From Podarcis filfolensis (lineage: Eukaryota), in the NCBI GenBank assembly GCA_964270895.1, contig OZ185445.1: a DNA stretch of 64,000 nucleotides, one strand, 5' to 3'. The stretch's first letter is position 1, and each line of letters begins with the position of its first letter. Shown piece after piece: positions 20,991 through 35,590 of this stretch. Under the pieces are notes generated by a model that saw only the letters and a program-made list of their open reading frames with translations, had not been told where the DNA came from and did no database searches. The position numbers were made by a program, and so were the translations under genes.

Positions 20991-23900
20991 CCATTTGGGT
21001 TCCCCATTGCACACCCAGTCTGTCCATGGCTTCTCCCCACCCCACCCCATAGTAGAAGTAATATGTGTACACCCGTGATTTCTGATGTATTTACACTTCA
21101 CAATTTGAAGTGAACTTCTGCTTTGTAGCAAACACTTCTGCTTGCACCGAGTGTTACTGATCCCCCTACCCACTGCAGCCCCTGTTGCCTTCCAGCTGCT
21201 CCTCAGGATTGGGGGACCTGACAGAATAGTGAGAGATAGGTCACTGGAGCTGCAGAATCAGGTGCCCCAACTTTGTCGGAACGTAAGTGCTTTCTACTAG
21301 TGTTAAGTCTCTGTTGGATATGTGTGGAGGAGCAGAGTTTCAGTTGTAAACAGAAGCAATGCTTCAGTTGTAAAGCTGCTGATAATCACTCTTGCTACCC
21401 TGTTTCCTGCACCTACCTGCTGGCCTGTAAAGCATGTTGGAAGAAAAAGAGAGCTGCGACAGCAAAATCCATTACATCAGAATTCCGGCAAGCTGTGTTA
21501 ATGTATTGGCTGCATTGTGAGTGCTGTACACCTGCGATGCCTCAAGGTGGGGGTTGGGTGGTGGTTTTGTTTCAGCTTGTATATGCTGCAAGATACGCTG
21601 CGGAATCCTTGGCTGATGAACTTCTTTGACGGATGACTGAACCCAAGATGCCCATTAGCGCTTAAGTATTTCACCAATTATATGCAGACACTAAGAGCAT
21701 CTTAAAGGTTAAATGTATTTTCATAACTCTTTTCACATAAGCAAATCCACCTTAGGATTAACAGTGATTTATTCTTGTTGGTTATTGACAATAAACTGCC
21801 AAGAGGCAGAAAGATAATTAACTCAGATATAATGATTCTGTGACCAATTATATTGGATATATCTGAGATCATTAACTCTGCATCTACAACAGGAAGCAAA
21901 AACACCAAGCAAAATCATTTTTAGAATTACTGAGTCATAATAATAAAAAAGGGAACTAATACAATATAACAGCAGGTTTGATTGGCTTCACTTGGCCCTT
22001 TTGCTTAGTGCTAATATTATTTGCCAACCGTGCCTGAAAAGGAGGTCCTTCGTTTCTAACTGCTTAATAATTTGTTTTTATTAATGTTTGAAACAGGGAT
22101 TTTTACCATTACTATCTTGAGAGCATTTACCCAGTATAAGCCACATATCAGGGGTATAAATTTATGAATGCGCTATGGAGATATATAAATGCCGGTTAAA
22201 TTAATAGGATGGATAAGCAGGTTTGTTCATACACTGGCTTCAATGGAAATTAAGCATGCCTTGAGATGCCCTGGATTGTGCCTGTGATAAATTAGGTTTA
22301 TAGCACCATTTTATACAAGTTGGAGGGTAATGGGAACAGTGATGGAGGGCAGAGTTAGCACACTGGAACCCACTGCCACCTTACATTTACTGCAGTCTTT
22401 ATCAGATGCCTAAGAAGGACTTTTGTGAACCAGCCCAATCACACTAGTAAACAGCTTCCCAAGAATCAGCCATTCCAGGCTATGTACAATGAAACTCCTG
22501 GGATTGGCTGGCCACAGCCACCTGTCAACCAGAACCCACCTGAGTCAAGAGTCTTTATAAATGCTAGTATTCCTTGGTCTCTGACTATTCAAGATGCTGT
22601 ATTGCTTGTGCTTGAAAATGGCCCTAGACTTTTGTGAGTAGCTTAGCTAATAAAATAAATACAACCTTTTATAAAATTTAAGCATCCTTCTGCCTCACTT
22701 GTGCTTGCCCTCTCTGAAACCCTGTGTTTAGTAAACTCTCTTCAGCTTGGCTGCTGAGGTTCTTGTGTGCATTCGGGCCAAACTCAAAAGGATATTCCCC
22801 TTCATGCTATGTGTGCATCAGATGGGATTTGGCAGAGAACAGCAAGCTACATTGGGCTCAGGTGAGAGATGGGTGGCATCCTTGTGTTTCACTTCCACTT
22901 AGAGCAATATAAGTGTAATGGCAGCTTGCCTGAGAGCCTCTTGCATGGCTGGCCTACCTAGATTGGTAGTCATAGCAAAAGAGGAGTAGAGCAATTTCCT
23001 TACATGAGTGACCAGATGCTAAGCGGGTCAAAACTCCTTCATGCATATCAGCTGTGTAGAAGAGTGAATTTTGCCAGATGCAGCTCATCATGCATGGATC
23101 CTCCTTTTCAGGTCATTCAATGGAGGCTGCAATTATTTGAGATTTATTAATGTATGCAATCAATAGGATCTTGAGGGTAATCCACTCCGAGGAGCTGACT
23201 TTGATGGAAGATGCAGAATATAAACATACAAAATCCTATATATGTGCAGTTACTCAGGAAGAAGTCCCATTGAACTTAGTGGGATGTGCATCCAAATAAA
23301 CATGCACAGGAGTGCACCATACTGCATGTAAGACCCAGGAACAGATAAAAAACAGCACCTTCAAGGCAAAGCGATACAACAGAGAGCCTGTGGAGACTGT
23401 GCCCTCGTGGAAATGTATTCCTTCCAGCTTAGCTCTACCAATTATAAAGCTGTCTCAGAGAACGCACATTTCAGAATTTACTCCTGCAAACTGCTACATG
23501 CCATAAAATATGTTTCACATATAGGGCACTGTCTCTATAGTAACACCGGCATACTATAAGCGCTGACTTTTCAGATAGGTATTGAAAAGGAAACCCATTG
23601 CAATTTATTTTTAGTTGGCTGGTTGCAACTTATCTGCTATTTTTTGTGATTGTGTTATGTATTTTAAATTGTTTTAGGAGTAATCCTCTCCAAAATTGCA
23701 CTTGTATTACAGTGCAAGCAAGAAATGTTTGAAATAAATAATACTGGCTGCAGCTAGACTAGATATTGCTGCTAACTAGAAGTATTCTAAGTCATTAGGC
23801 ATAGATCAATGGCATAAGACATTCTGGGAAGGAAGTCTTCTCAGCTAAGTTTAATTATTTCAGAAAACAAATGAAAGGAAGAGCACAAAATATATTTAAA

Positions 23901-26488
23901 GTAAGATGGGAGCCTTTTTAAAATAAAGCATTGAAATACACAGTTTCAACATAACCTCTGGCCCGACACTTCTGTTACATTAAAAGATTTGATTTGGGTT
24001 AGCACTTCTATGCATTGCTGGAACAAAGATGATATATAATATTTATGCTGTACTCCAAGGACATTTAGAATAACTTTTTAACTCTTACTGAGAATTAGTT
24101 TGTATATAATTGGTTTATTCATGATAAAGCTTTCCACATGTTAATCACATACAAGATTGAAAATGGCTCATTATTTTTTCTATGCACACTATTGCATGTG
24201 CTTATACTTTCCCGGTAACTATATTGCATCTATATATATATTTGTAATAATAAAACAATATGGTGGGCTTTTCTTAGTTTTACGTTGACAGATGGTACCC
24301 TTTACAAAGACACACAGAGACACACACACTGCAAAAGTGCTCCTAAACTTCCCTTTCAATTCTGAAGGTTTTTGATCTGGACATTGCAGGAGGCTGATGC
24401 CTTCCAAGGCAAACTTTCACATTCTATTATTGCCCTCAAGAGCTATCAGCCAGCCTTGCCTTCAGAGAATAAATGAGCCAGGAACCTTGCCTTCCGTTTT
24501 CATTTGGGATTGCAATTAAAGAAGAAGTAGGATGCTCAGTCGGTTTTATAGAAAAGTGTGGCTGGTGGGTAAACAAAGGCTCCTCGATCTTCTCCAGTTG
24601 TCTTTTTGTGTGACACAATGTGCCCCAGGGCTAATGCAAAACCTTTAACTCTGCAGGTGTCTGGGCAAGACAATCACTGTAAAGCTACTCTCCCAAAGAC
24701 ATTTTCAACTTGATTACCCAGCAGCAAGCAGGCCTGGAAGGCTTTATGATGTTTGCAACTGCTGCCAAATGTGACCCTCCTTTGGAAGTTGCAGGCTTTT
24801 ATCTCTAGGATTGCATCCAGCTGGAAGCTCAGCAAAGGGATGATAAAGCAAAGCTAAAAGCAGCAATGCTACATAAAAAGTAATCTCTGTGATGCACACA
24901 AGTCAGGCCTCCTGACTGAGACAGTAGCCTTCTCCAGATTTCATCCTGGCAACACACATGAAGGATTTACCCTGAGAAACGTATGCTGAGCTGCAAAATA
25001 ATAATAATAAAAATGCTACTGTTAGCAAAACACATTATGAATCTCTTACTGTGATTAATGAAATCTTGCTTACCAAATAACTCTGCAAAGGCAAGGGCAC
25101 CGTTGTCCAGGCTTTGCAGATGGAAAACTTTTGAAGTGAAGATGCCATTTCATCCTCTTAGGAAGAAAAAAGAAGAAAGGCACATTGGAAGGGACAGAGG
25201 TTTATAATATATAATGAGAATGAAAAGACATAAATTATTTCCTCCCCCCTCACTTTCAGTATATTAGGAGGACTCTAGGCCATTTGTTTTAAAAGTAGCA
25301 GTGTAATACAACTACTACAGCCAATGGACATTGGACAGGGTTGTCACTACAGTTAAAGACGGTAGATTCAAGATGTCGTGAAAGAGCAGCAAATTGTTAG
25401 TTACTGCATCATTCCTGTTGTCCTTTTGCTGCCAGAGAGGAAGTATTTTGAAAGCTGAGAGGGAAAATCCCAGAAGCACCTCTTGCTGGAAGTAAAACAT
25501 CAACAACTTAAATTACTAACGATTGGCTGTCTTTCCATGGCACCAAAGAATCAGCTGTCCGAAGTGGCAACCTCACTTTATCACACTGACACTAGGGTTT
25601 GTTTTTTTCTCCTCATTTAGTCTGAATGGGTACGCTAGCTTAGTAATCAGCTTGCAAAACATAAAAAGAATTTAATTCTTCAGTGCTGTTGTGCCTTTGG
25701 CAAAGTGTTGGTAGTCTGTAGCATTTTCTCTACTCGGCTCTCAGAAAACGTCTAAACCAATTTATTAGATATTTTGATGATGATATATTATTTACTCTGT
25801 TCATGAATCTCCTCCCATGAAACATCCTGAAATGATTAACAAAGGAATACATATGCATAGATTTTCTAGCCCAATAAAGTCAAGAACAAAAATCTCTATT
25901 GGGAAAAGAAGGTATTCAACAATTGCTGTCCATTTGATATGTAATGTGGGGATGGTGGTTACTATCATACTAAAGGTGTGGTTGCTACACACATGGAATG
26001 GTTGTTCTGATAAGATGGTATCTGTACGAACCCTTTTCCTGCAGACTGTAGTGACTGGGTATATAAGAGTTGACGCAATCCTTTGGGAACTTAGATATAA
26101 AAACAGAGGTCTAAAGTTTAAACACTAGGTTCACTCAATAGTCTTGCACATGCCAAAATGGATATTTGTTCAATTTTAGACCACTTTATTCTTTGGACAG
26201 CAACAGGCACTAGTATCATACCTCCCATTGATATATCACAAACTGCTTTTGACTTCACCCTCAGTTTCAAAAGCAATATGACACACTGTAGGAAGAGGAC
26301 CTTTTGTTAGAGAAAAAGATATTTGAAGATCCCTTAGGCTTACAAAACTAGTTTTATGGCTCTTTCTATCCTGGTCAAAGTCTGCAGGTCAGGACATGTA
26401 TAATCTTACTTCGTAATAGGGGCAGTCTAGAGGGCAGCTGGAATGTGTGATATGTATCTATATGGAGCCAAAGTGACCCAATATTCAT

Positions 26489-26550
26489 AAAATAAAATAA
26501 AATAAAATAAAATAAAATAAAATAAAATAAAATAAAATAAAATAAAATAA
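26489..26550. repeat. (AAAAT)n pentanucleotide microsatellite, ~12 units
   Basis: Direct reading. Confidence 0.95.
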
Positions 26551-28614
26551 ATAACCACCTTATACTTTTTCAGAAAGTATGAAAAGTAGTTTGAAAATAA
26601 AGTATTAGTCATAAACCTAATGGCCTTATATTAAATATATTTAGGATAGACTTGCTGCTTTGCATTGTTGGAAAACATAGTGTTGTGAAGATATGGGAGG
26701 ACCGTTGAACGAAGAGAAAATACTGATTCATTTATTTATAAGTTTTGTATACTGCTTGATTGTATATCTGCTTGATTTTGTATATCTGCTTTGAGGGTGG
26801 TTGCTGATGCTTTATGAATAATTGAACATAAAATATTATTTAAATATTTTATGTGTGTGTGCACGCACACACCCACACAAATGTTTATACCTGGCAAGAA
26901 GGAAGGGTTAGGCAGTTGCAATAATTCAGGACCATGGTCAGCTCCCTATGGAGCAAAAGTCGTAGGCTGAATGTATGCAAACTCCAAGCAGGTGGTTAAG
27001 CCCAGAGGCCTAGGAGCAAAAGGCAGACTGCCTAAACCCCAGATGGGTCATGTGAACAGGCATTGCTGTTCATGACTTGGTGCATCGCTCACTGAACCAC
27101 ATGGAGAAATGAGAGCAAGAACTGCAGCCAGGCTGCCAGGGCTTCAACAGGGCCTGCTACTGCACTGTTCCCTGTCCTGGGATCTCCACACCAGTGAGAA
27201 CCACTGCATAAATTTCCTGCAGAATCCTATAGCAATGCTATGCTGTGGGTCACTGTGGGAAATTAAAATGGTGGCTCAAACGCAGCTGCCAGACCACTGC
27301 TAGATAAGCCCACATGGACCCAAGGCACAAGAGAAGGCCCACCAGAGGACACTATACAGAGGTGCCCCTCAAACCCGGACTGAGCGTTGAGTGCCCAACA
27401 GGTTGTAAGAACACTGCTGAAACTGTGAGGTACATGATGTCCAACTCTGATGAAATGCGTGAGGAAATATCTCCTAGCAGTTGTCGAATGCAAGAATCAG
27501 ATTTACGAAAACAGCTTTCTCTTCTCTCTTTCTCTCTTTAAGAGCTTATCAGTCACCTTTGCACTGAAAATTGCTCAGGGCAGCAAGGAAAAAAGGAAAT
27601 GAATATCTACAAATACACACTAAAATATCAAAAGCAATTTTTTGAAGACTGGAAGAAAAGGCTTCTGTTTATTCAGAGCAAGTCATTTGTCAAGGCCTTG
27701 TCACAAGCATCTTCAGATCCTGATAGTTTTGCACAACTGATTGATTTTCTTTACATTAGAAATTCATGTCTTGTTTACTGTGGAAGCGTCTATCAGCAGG
27801 CCACTACATCATAAGGCAAAGACCAACAAGAACTCAAGGACATATTGGCCAAGCCATTTCACTGTTTACCTCCAGACATCTTGTCAAGACATTTCTGTTT
27901 AAGCAAGCCTCACGGTGCTGGTGCTGTGAGTAGAACAACTATTACTGATTGCTTTCAGCATTTTCATTGTTTTGCTGTTTTTAAGAAATGGTGCATTCTC
28001 TTCCTTGATAAAGGCTACGAGTGCTCTTTAAATAATAGCAATTGATAATAGTGCCTCTTTGCAGCTCATATTAAAAATTATAGTACATTTATATATGTAA
28101 AGTCGACAAACCCTGACTACATGCTTATAAAGCTGCACATGCTCCAGCCTTTGGCTTAACAGAGAGATCACCAGCCTTTTGGGGCCTGCAGGCACATTTG
28201 CAAGCTGGAGGTGTGCAGCAGCTGTGAAAAAAGGCAAATTCTATGCTAGGAATAATTAGGAAAGGAACTGAAAATAAAACTGCCATTGTCACAATGCCAC
28301 CACACAGATCTGTGATGCAACCATACAGTTGACCTCAAAAAAAAATTGTAGAATTAATAAAGGATCAGAAAAGGGCAACCAAAATGGGTGGACTGTGTGG
28401 GATGTGATACATAAGTAGCAGTCAAGTACAACTTTCCTTGTTTTCCTAGAGTGGACATTGTTGATATTTTCACCCCTCCCATTGACAGAATCTCCAGATC
28501 TGATGTTTTGAGAAAGGAGGGGGTGGAAACTGCTCTTCTACTCTTCCGCTCCTGCCTGACTCTGTGTGTGGAGAGAGTCTTATCTATGTAGTGATTAGAT
28601 GGCTGAGTGGGAGA

Positions 28615-29390
28615 TGTAACACTCATGCAAGCCAGTAGTTCGTTACTTTGTAGTAGCTATTAGAAATAAAAGGAGTTATGCTTCACAGCTAGCTTCCATG
28701 TTATTTATACTCTGCATGAGTCTGGTGCTCACCATGCACAGTTGTGGGTCCTGTGCACTGGGATCTGCTTTCCAGGATTGGAAGGTCTCTGAAAGTGCTC
28801 CAGTCGCCTAGCCCAGTCGGGGCAGAACCAGTTATTGAGCCTAGTCGCTGACATCGGTTGAAAGGCGTACTGACAGACATGTGGGGGAATGTTTGGTCCA
28901 GCCAGTCGAAAACTTCCTGTTTCCTTCTGGCTGGGACATACTTCATTTGCATGTGACTAGAGGTGGGCATGACCTTACCTGTCCAGGTAACAAAAGGACA
29001 AGACACGCAGCACACACTCTCTCTTTGACTTCCTCCGTCGTCAGAGCAGCTTTTTAGTTAGAGATGCTCTGTTGGCTCTCAGCCAACAGGGGACACTGGG
29101 ATTATCCTCATATGGAATAGATTCACATATATATACTTTGTAACTAAGTCTGCCTTCAGGGATCCAACTGTGAACTGAATGTGAGTAAACTTCTTTTATA
29201 TACTTTAAACAAGATTATGGCGTGTTTATTCTTTTAAGAGGGATATAAGGGAATTTACCAGGAACCTAATAGTGAGAGGCTTACACAAGCCTGCAACCAG
29301 CTACCTGCTGGGTGTTTAAAAGGGGAATGTGAAACTCTGCTAAGTAAAGGAACTTGCTAGCACAAGTTTGGAAGGATATTAATAAACAAT
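28615..29390 (+). mobile_element. Probable LTR-like repeat (boundaries uncertain)
   Basis: Starts TGTAAC, is CpG-containing in its 5' half and has an AGTAAA signal at ~29184. TSD not confirmed. Confidence 0.35.
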
Positions 29391-29490
29391 GTATCCTATG
29401 AGGAAAGGTTGTCATATTTGGAGCATCTTAGTTTAGAGAAAAGCTGAGAAGGAGGCAACATGATAGAAGTATATTAAATTATGTGGAGTT
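29391..29490 (+). mobile_element. CR1 RT C-terminal fragment
   Basis: YEERLSYLEHLSLEK..RGNMIEVY-like decayed coding. Confidence 0.6.
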
Positions 29491-30648
29491 TGCTGGTAAG
29501 AGGGATTGGTTGGTTGTTAAATCCTTCTGGCGACTCTAGCGCTGCGCAAGAAACAGGGGTCTCTTAACAACTCTCAGCACCCTTAACAAAGTACACTTCC
29601 CAGAATTCTTTGGAGGGAGTCATGGCTGTTTAAAGTGGTGCCAGAGTGCTTTCAGTGTATGGTGTGAATGTGGCTTTGCTTATGTCCCATAGATTTCAAT
29701 TGGTCTGTTCTAAGCCTAAGTCAAGATCCAACCCCATGTTTGTCTTTCAATGCCCTTGTGTCCAAAGAGATTTTAATATAAGCATTTTAAAATAGAGAGA
29801 GAAATGTTTTCTGGCTTTGATTAACTAATGACATGTTAATTAATTGTGGCAATTACCCACATTGTTTTCTCCCCAAACAAAACATAAAATTAACAAGCCA
29901 CACTGCATTTTAAGCAGGCCTTCATTACGCAGCAGAATGCAGAGGAGAGGTAGCTCAACTGCAAGCAGCATTTTGTAAGTGTCTTGCTTAACCCCCAGGT
30001 TCAGCTAAAAGCATCATGGATGAGGTCATTCTCAGCAATGAGGTTTTGGCTTTAGTCCTAATGACATTGTTTCTAGCTCTTGTACACTATGAGATACATA
30101 TTGGTGGAGGAGGTGGGGGCGGGGGAGATAATTCCTTGTAAAATAAATGTATACCACAGACAATATGACCTTCCTTACCTTGAAATTTATATTGCACGAG
30201 GTCCTGCCTTTTTCAATTAACGATGGCAATGCTTTTGGAGCACTGCAATATAAAGTGACTAATTCAGCCTTCTGCAAAAGGCCCAGTTCTGCAACACTGC
30301 TGTGAATTCCTGCCAGCATTCCATGTTGCAATATAATAAATTTTATAACCACCTCTAGAATTTAAATCTGCCTTATTCTCAGAATCTGATTCTCAAGATG
30401 AATATAGATTGCCTTTGATCAAGTGGCAGCTGTCTGCAGTGGACTGAATGCGTCCACACAGCAATGAGCCGAATTTCTGAGAGTATCTGATTTACTAAAT
30501 AGGGGAAGGGACATAGCACAGTGGTAGAGCATCTGTCTTGTGTGCAGAAGGTTTCAGGTTCAATTCCCAGCTTCTCCTTAAAGAGACCCCATTTACCTGA
30601 AACCCTGGAGAGTCGCTGCTAGTCAGTGCAGACAGTAATGCACTAGAT

Positions 30649-30969
30649 CAGTGTTTCCCAAATTTGGCCCTCCAGCTGTTTTTGAACTACAGTTCCCATC
30701 ATCCCTGACCACTGGTCCTGCTAGCTAGGGATGAAGTGAGGTTAAAGGGAACCAAACAGAGGGCCTTCTTGGTAGTGGCGCCCGCCCTGTGGAACGCCCT
30801 CCCTTCAGATGTGAAGGAAATAAGTAGCTATCTTCTCTTTAAAAGACATCAGAAGGCAGCCCTGTTTAGGGTAGTTTTTAATATTTAATGCTGTATTGTT
30901 TTTAACACTCGATTGGAAGCCACCCAGAGTGGCCGGGGAAACTCAGCCAGATGGGCGGGGTATAAATAA

Positions 30970-31002
<33 letters not shown>

Positions 31003-31051
31003 ATGAGTTATATTCCAAAAACAGCTGGAGTCCCAAGTTTGGGGAACTCTG
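30649..31051. mobile_element. hAT MITE, itself split by an L2
   Basis: TIRs CAGTGTTTCCCAAA...TTTGGGGAACTCTG; perfect 8-bp TSD CACTAGAT at 30641-30648 and 31052-31059. Confidence 0.85.
30735..31003 (+). mobile_element. L2 LINE 3' end
   Basis: AGGGCCTTCTTGGTAGTGGCGCCCGCCCTGTGGAACGCCCTCCC...GATGGGCGGGGTATAAATAAA(TTG)n; same family as 37053-37932. Confidence 0.85.
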
Positions 31052-33269
31052 CACTAGATGGACCAAGATGGACTCAGTGTAAAGCAGCTTCGTATGTTCC
31101 TGTCTTGCCATAGTGTGCAGATAAGCACATAACAAGATGGCTATAATGTCCTATCGGGTGGTAAGGAGCATGTTGCTACCTGCCTGCATGCAATCAGAAA
31201 TCCAGGAAAGTGGGCCATTCATAGAATTCGCTACTTTGTAGGCCACTGCAGATGATCACAGGTGAATACAAATGACCGTTGACCAGCTGATAGCATACAG
31301 CAGAATCCTGTGTATATTTACACAAAAATATGCCTCATTGACTTCAATGAGTCATCTCCACACCATGGGAAGTATTCCACTAAGTTTTACTCAAGTTAGA
31401 TCCACAGAAAGTAATGAACACGACTAAGTTGGGTCCATTAATTTCAGTAGGTCTACCTAAAAAAAAAAAAGTTGAAAAAATAGTCTCCATACATTCAAAT
31501 AATTCTCTTACCACTTTTGCACTCATGACTTCCCCCAAAGAATCCTGGGAATTGTAGTTTGTTAAGGGTGCTGGTGTCATGGAGCTACAATTCCCAGCAC
31601 CCTTAACAAACCACAGTTTCCAGGATTTTCCATGACTATAAAAGTGGTATAAGAATGCTTTACTGTATGTTCTAATTAACTGGGGCTGAAATCCTATCCA
31701 AACTTACCCTACAGTAAGTCCCATTGAACAAAGTGTGACTTATTTCTGAGTAAGCATGCACAGTATTGATCTGTAAGTGAACATAAGATTGTGGCATTAG
31801 GCTGCTGCCTAAGCACATTTATTACCGGTAGGTCCTAAATCCTGCTGGGCTCAGTGGGACTTCTGTTGACTAAATATGTTTAGGGTTGTGGTGCACATGG
31901 GATAGGCATTGCAGAGGATGAATTAAGTATTAAATTTATATCCCACTACCTTGCTTTATAAAAGCTTTCAGAGTGGTTTTTAAAATTTAAAATAATTAAA
32001 CAATACTTATTTACAATAAACAAAACATACAATTACATGGATAAAATGCCACATATTAAAAATAGAAAACAGCATTTTCAAATAAAACCATTGTAGCCGT
32101 AGAATTTCCCAATAAAACCATAAGAACTGAATTCTTAAAATAACAGATATGAGATCATATTAAAGTTTAATGGCATTTCTGCTGTTTGAGCTCAGTACCG
32201 CACAGTGACAGAGAGTTCTACCAACCCACAATGCATTGTGTGAGAGAGGTTTCTTTTAGCAACAGTTAAACCTGCTAAGCCATTAAGTACCACTGAGTAT
32301 CATTAAAAACCAAAGATTCACAAACCCATGAAAAGTCACATCCCATGTGTTTAGCTTGGGTACTATGGAGACTGAAGTGTGTCAAATGTTGACTTTTATG
32401 TGGCATGCTTTATAATTCTTGAAATCATCTCAGTATCATTTAATCAGATAAGACCGTAAATCCTGTACCAAGTGGGGATACTGTCACCTGAACAATGAAG
32501 GCTATACATATTTGACAGTAACTTGCAGACTGAGGTGCCATTGAAGGATTCTGAAATGTCGTTTGTTAAGCCCTTACCCTTGTGTGTAAAAACCTGTTCA
32601 GCTCTCATGCACGGCAATGTAAATTTCTGCATGTATAAAGAGATGCAGACATTGATTTGCATACTGGAATCACGGGCCAGAGGGAGACTTAGTGACAGCC
32701 CGAATGACAGCAACATGAATGCCCAGACATAGCGATGCAGGAGAGATTCAGTTCACTTTGCATTTTAAAGCAGGCCAATCTAATTCATATTTCCCGAAAG
32801 AAGGGGAAGCAAAGTGCAGCTGTTCTTTAAAGCTAGCGCTTCTCCAAATTTGGCAGTATGGTTCTTCAACCCAAAGAAGGTGTATATCAGGTGGGAAAGT
32901 GTATAATATGCACATATGAGTGAAAATAACATAGAAAATGCATTATATTTAGGAAAATGAGAAGCAATGCACACTAAAATCCTGATTTTTTTTTTAAAAA
33001 AAATCACAAACTGATGTGGAAATGTGGTGGGCTCAATTTAAGACCAGAGAAATGGGGGAAAAAAATGAGAAAAACTGCAATTGACACATTAGAGCGTACC
33101 CAGGCATTAACACCCCAAGAGTGAGGAAGAGGTGGCAGGCACTGTGATCTCTATTACTGCACTTTATGCAGATTCAATGTGTCACTCTGCAGTAAAGGTT
33201 GGGATCTTTGTACTGACCTTGGTATCTTGATGCATCAGAATTAATTTGGGTGTAAGCCTATGAAATGTA

Positions 33270-33520
33270 AGACAGCTTTAGAAGAGGACTGGGCAACTTC
33301 ATGGAGGAGAGGGCTGTTGAGGACAATGAGCCACGATAGCTATGCTCTGCCTGCACAGTTGGAGGCCGTAGTGCTTTTGAACGCCAGCTGCTGGAAACCA
33401 CAGGAAGGGAGAGGACTCATGTGCTCAAATCTTGCTTGTATCTGTTTGGCCACTATGAGAACAAAGTCTGGACCAGATGGGCCATTGGCCTGATCCAGCG
33501 GGCTCTTCTTATGCTCTTAC
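33270..33520 (+). mobile_element. CR1 3' end (degraded)
   Basis: Ends GATCCAGCGGGCTCTTCTTATGCTCTTA; reverse complement resembles the CR1 tail at 9136. Confidence 0.7.
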
Positions 33521-33639
33521 GTTATTTTATGCCTGTTAACAATTACTGTGGAAAATTGTCTCTTTAAAAAGTCAACTTCCATTCCAGTTGGAAGTGAATT
33601 TGGTGGCATCTGCCTGTGTTGAGAATCAATGCACCATCA

Positions 33640-34145
33640 GACGTAAAGTCAAACTGTTGGAGACTTACAGTGCTTGCTGTAGCTATAGAGACCGATATGG
33701 GAGAAACATATTTTATTGCAGCTGGGGCAGATGAAGGCATCTGGTTTTGCTGTTACAAATGCACCTTGCTGCGTTTCTCCCAGCAATCATTTCTCCTCTG
33801 GTCACTGCTGCGGCTACATGACCTGTCTCCAGGCACTGCTGTCATCTGCAAGGCATTCCCACATGGTGGGGTTAATGTTGCCAACCTTCATGGCACATTT
33901 GTAGACATCTTTATAAGGCAGAATTGGTCTTTCAACAGGCCTCATACCTGAAGCTAGCTCACCACAAAGCACATAACTGGGGATCCTGTCACCTTCCATT
34001 CTGGGTACATGACCAAGCCAGCATAGACGTCACTGAGACAGAAATGAGAACCACTGGGAATGTGGGTCTGGAAAAACATACATTTGTTTGAGACTCTGTA
34101 CTGTTATGCGATGCCCAAATCTTCCTGACACAGTACATATGGAAG
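33640..34145 (-). mobile_element. Old RTE-clade LINE fragment (non-BovB)
   Basis: ORF 33814-33999 (MEGDRIPSYVLCGELASGMRPVERPILPYKDVYK..W) matches RTE RM.D.RIPK..LYGEL..G.R..GRP..RYKD. Confidence 0.75.
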
Positions 34146-35590
34146 GCATTGAGGCATCACTCCTGGCAGGAGTGCCAACTTGGCCCCACGACCATGGGTG
34201 CCTGGGGCTGTGGGTGCCAAGCAGCATGCATGGCCCTGGCACCAAAATTTGTGGGTGCCTGGACCCTTCATGGGGAATTTTGTGGGTGCTTGGGCACCCA
34301 GGGAGTTGGCACATATGACTCCTGGCAGGTGTAAGTTGCCCATGACTTACTTCCACGAAACATTTCTGCTTGGAACAGCAGTCCCTCAGTCCTATAGGGT
34401 GGGGGATACTGTTCTCAAAAGCTATGTTTGAAACCAGTGTGAGTTTCAAAAGAACTTCCAATACCAGCCAGGATGACTGGACTGCTGTTTATAAAGAAAA
34501 ATTAGCAGTGCAATCTGGTACATGTCTACTCAGAAGTAAGCCCCACTGAATTTACACAATGCTGCAACCCTTTATATTGGCCCCATTAAATTTGTTGAAG
34601 TTTACCTTTGAATAGACATGCGTAGGATTTCCCTGTAAAAGAACCAGTATGGCTTTGAGTCCTTCCCATTTGATGCTCTGGATCTGGTCCACAACACATA
34701 CCTGTCATACATGTAAAAGTATCTTTGAACAATCTGGCTGAATTCAGTTGAAGTGCTCTGGGTACTTTCTTATCAGTACATGAAAACAAAAGGCAATAAA
34801 ATTTTACAATAAAGGTCTGCTAGCTTGCTTTCAGGCCCTTTCTGCTAAATTGATCACTTGGCTAATGTTGCCTCTCTACTCCTTCTCCTCCTCCCCCTCT
34901 TCCTCCTCCTCCTCCTCCCTCCCTCTCTCCCCCTTCCCCCCATCACCCATGTCTTGGTTTTTACTCGTCTCATTATTTACAGCCTCAATGGAGGACAGGA
35001 GTGGAGAAATGTAGAGACAACCTCAGCGCTGTCCCTGGAAGACGCAAAGATGAAAGATTTCCCTTGCAACTATGAACCTGTGCCATTCTGGTTATGGAGC
35101 ACTGCGATACAGCAGGGGGTGTCTGGCATCATCTTTCTTTCATGACTGTTCAGAGTTGCTAGTTGAAAAGATTCTGCTCCAGCGCTGTTGGTTGAACTTG
35201 TTCCATTGCAGTCTTTACATTAGATTCCCAATTCCTGCTCTTTATAGTCTCTGTCACAGTGGTAGGCCCTGCCCATTAGCCGCCCCGCTTCTCTTTGAAC
35301 TTACGACATTTGCAAAGAGGGATCCCATTTGTATTCAGCCTCTCAGTCGAAAGGGGTGGTTCACACGATGGGTTTGGCATTAGATGCATGTAGAAATTGC
35401 ATTTGCACTTGTTGCAAAAACAGAGAATCATAGAATTGTTGATGGTGCTGGATTTAAACGTTCTCCCTGTAGTTAGTGAGGTGATTTGGGGGCAGGGGCA
35501 GGCATTGATTCCTAGAATTAAGAATTAGAGAGAAATGCATGTTTGCACATAAACAAGCCACACGTGTTCAAAGGTGCTTGCTCCCAAGTA

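Larger units (their letters stand above)
30502..31101 (+). mobile_element. tRNA-headed SINE (30502-30648 plus 31052-31101) split by a hAT MITE
   Basis: Head ATAGCACAGTGGTAGAGCAT...GGTTCAATTCC; the tail resumes GGACCAAGATGGACTCAGTGTAAAGCAGCTTCGTATGTTCC. Confidence 0.75.
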
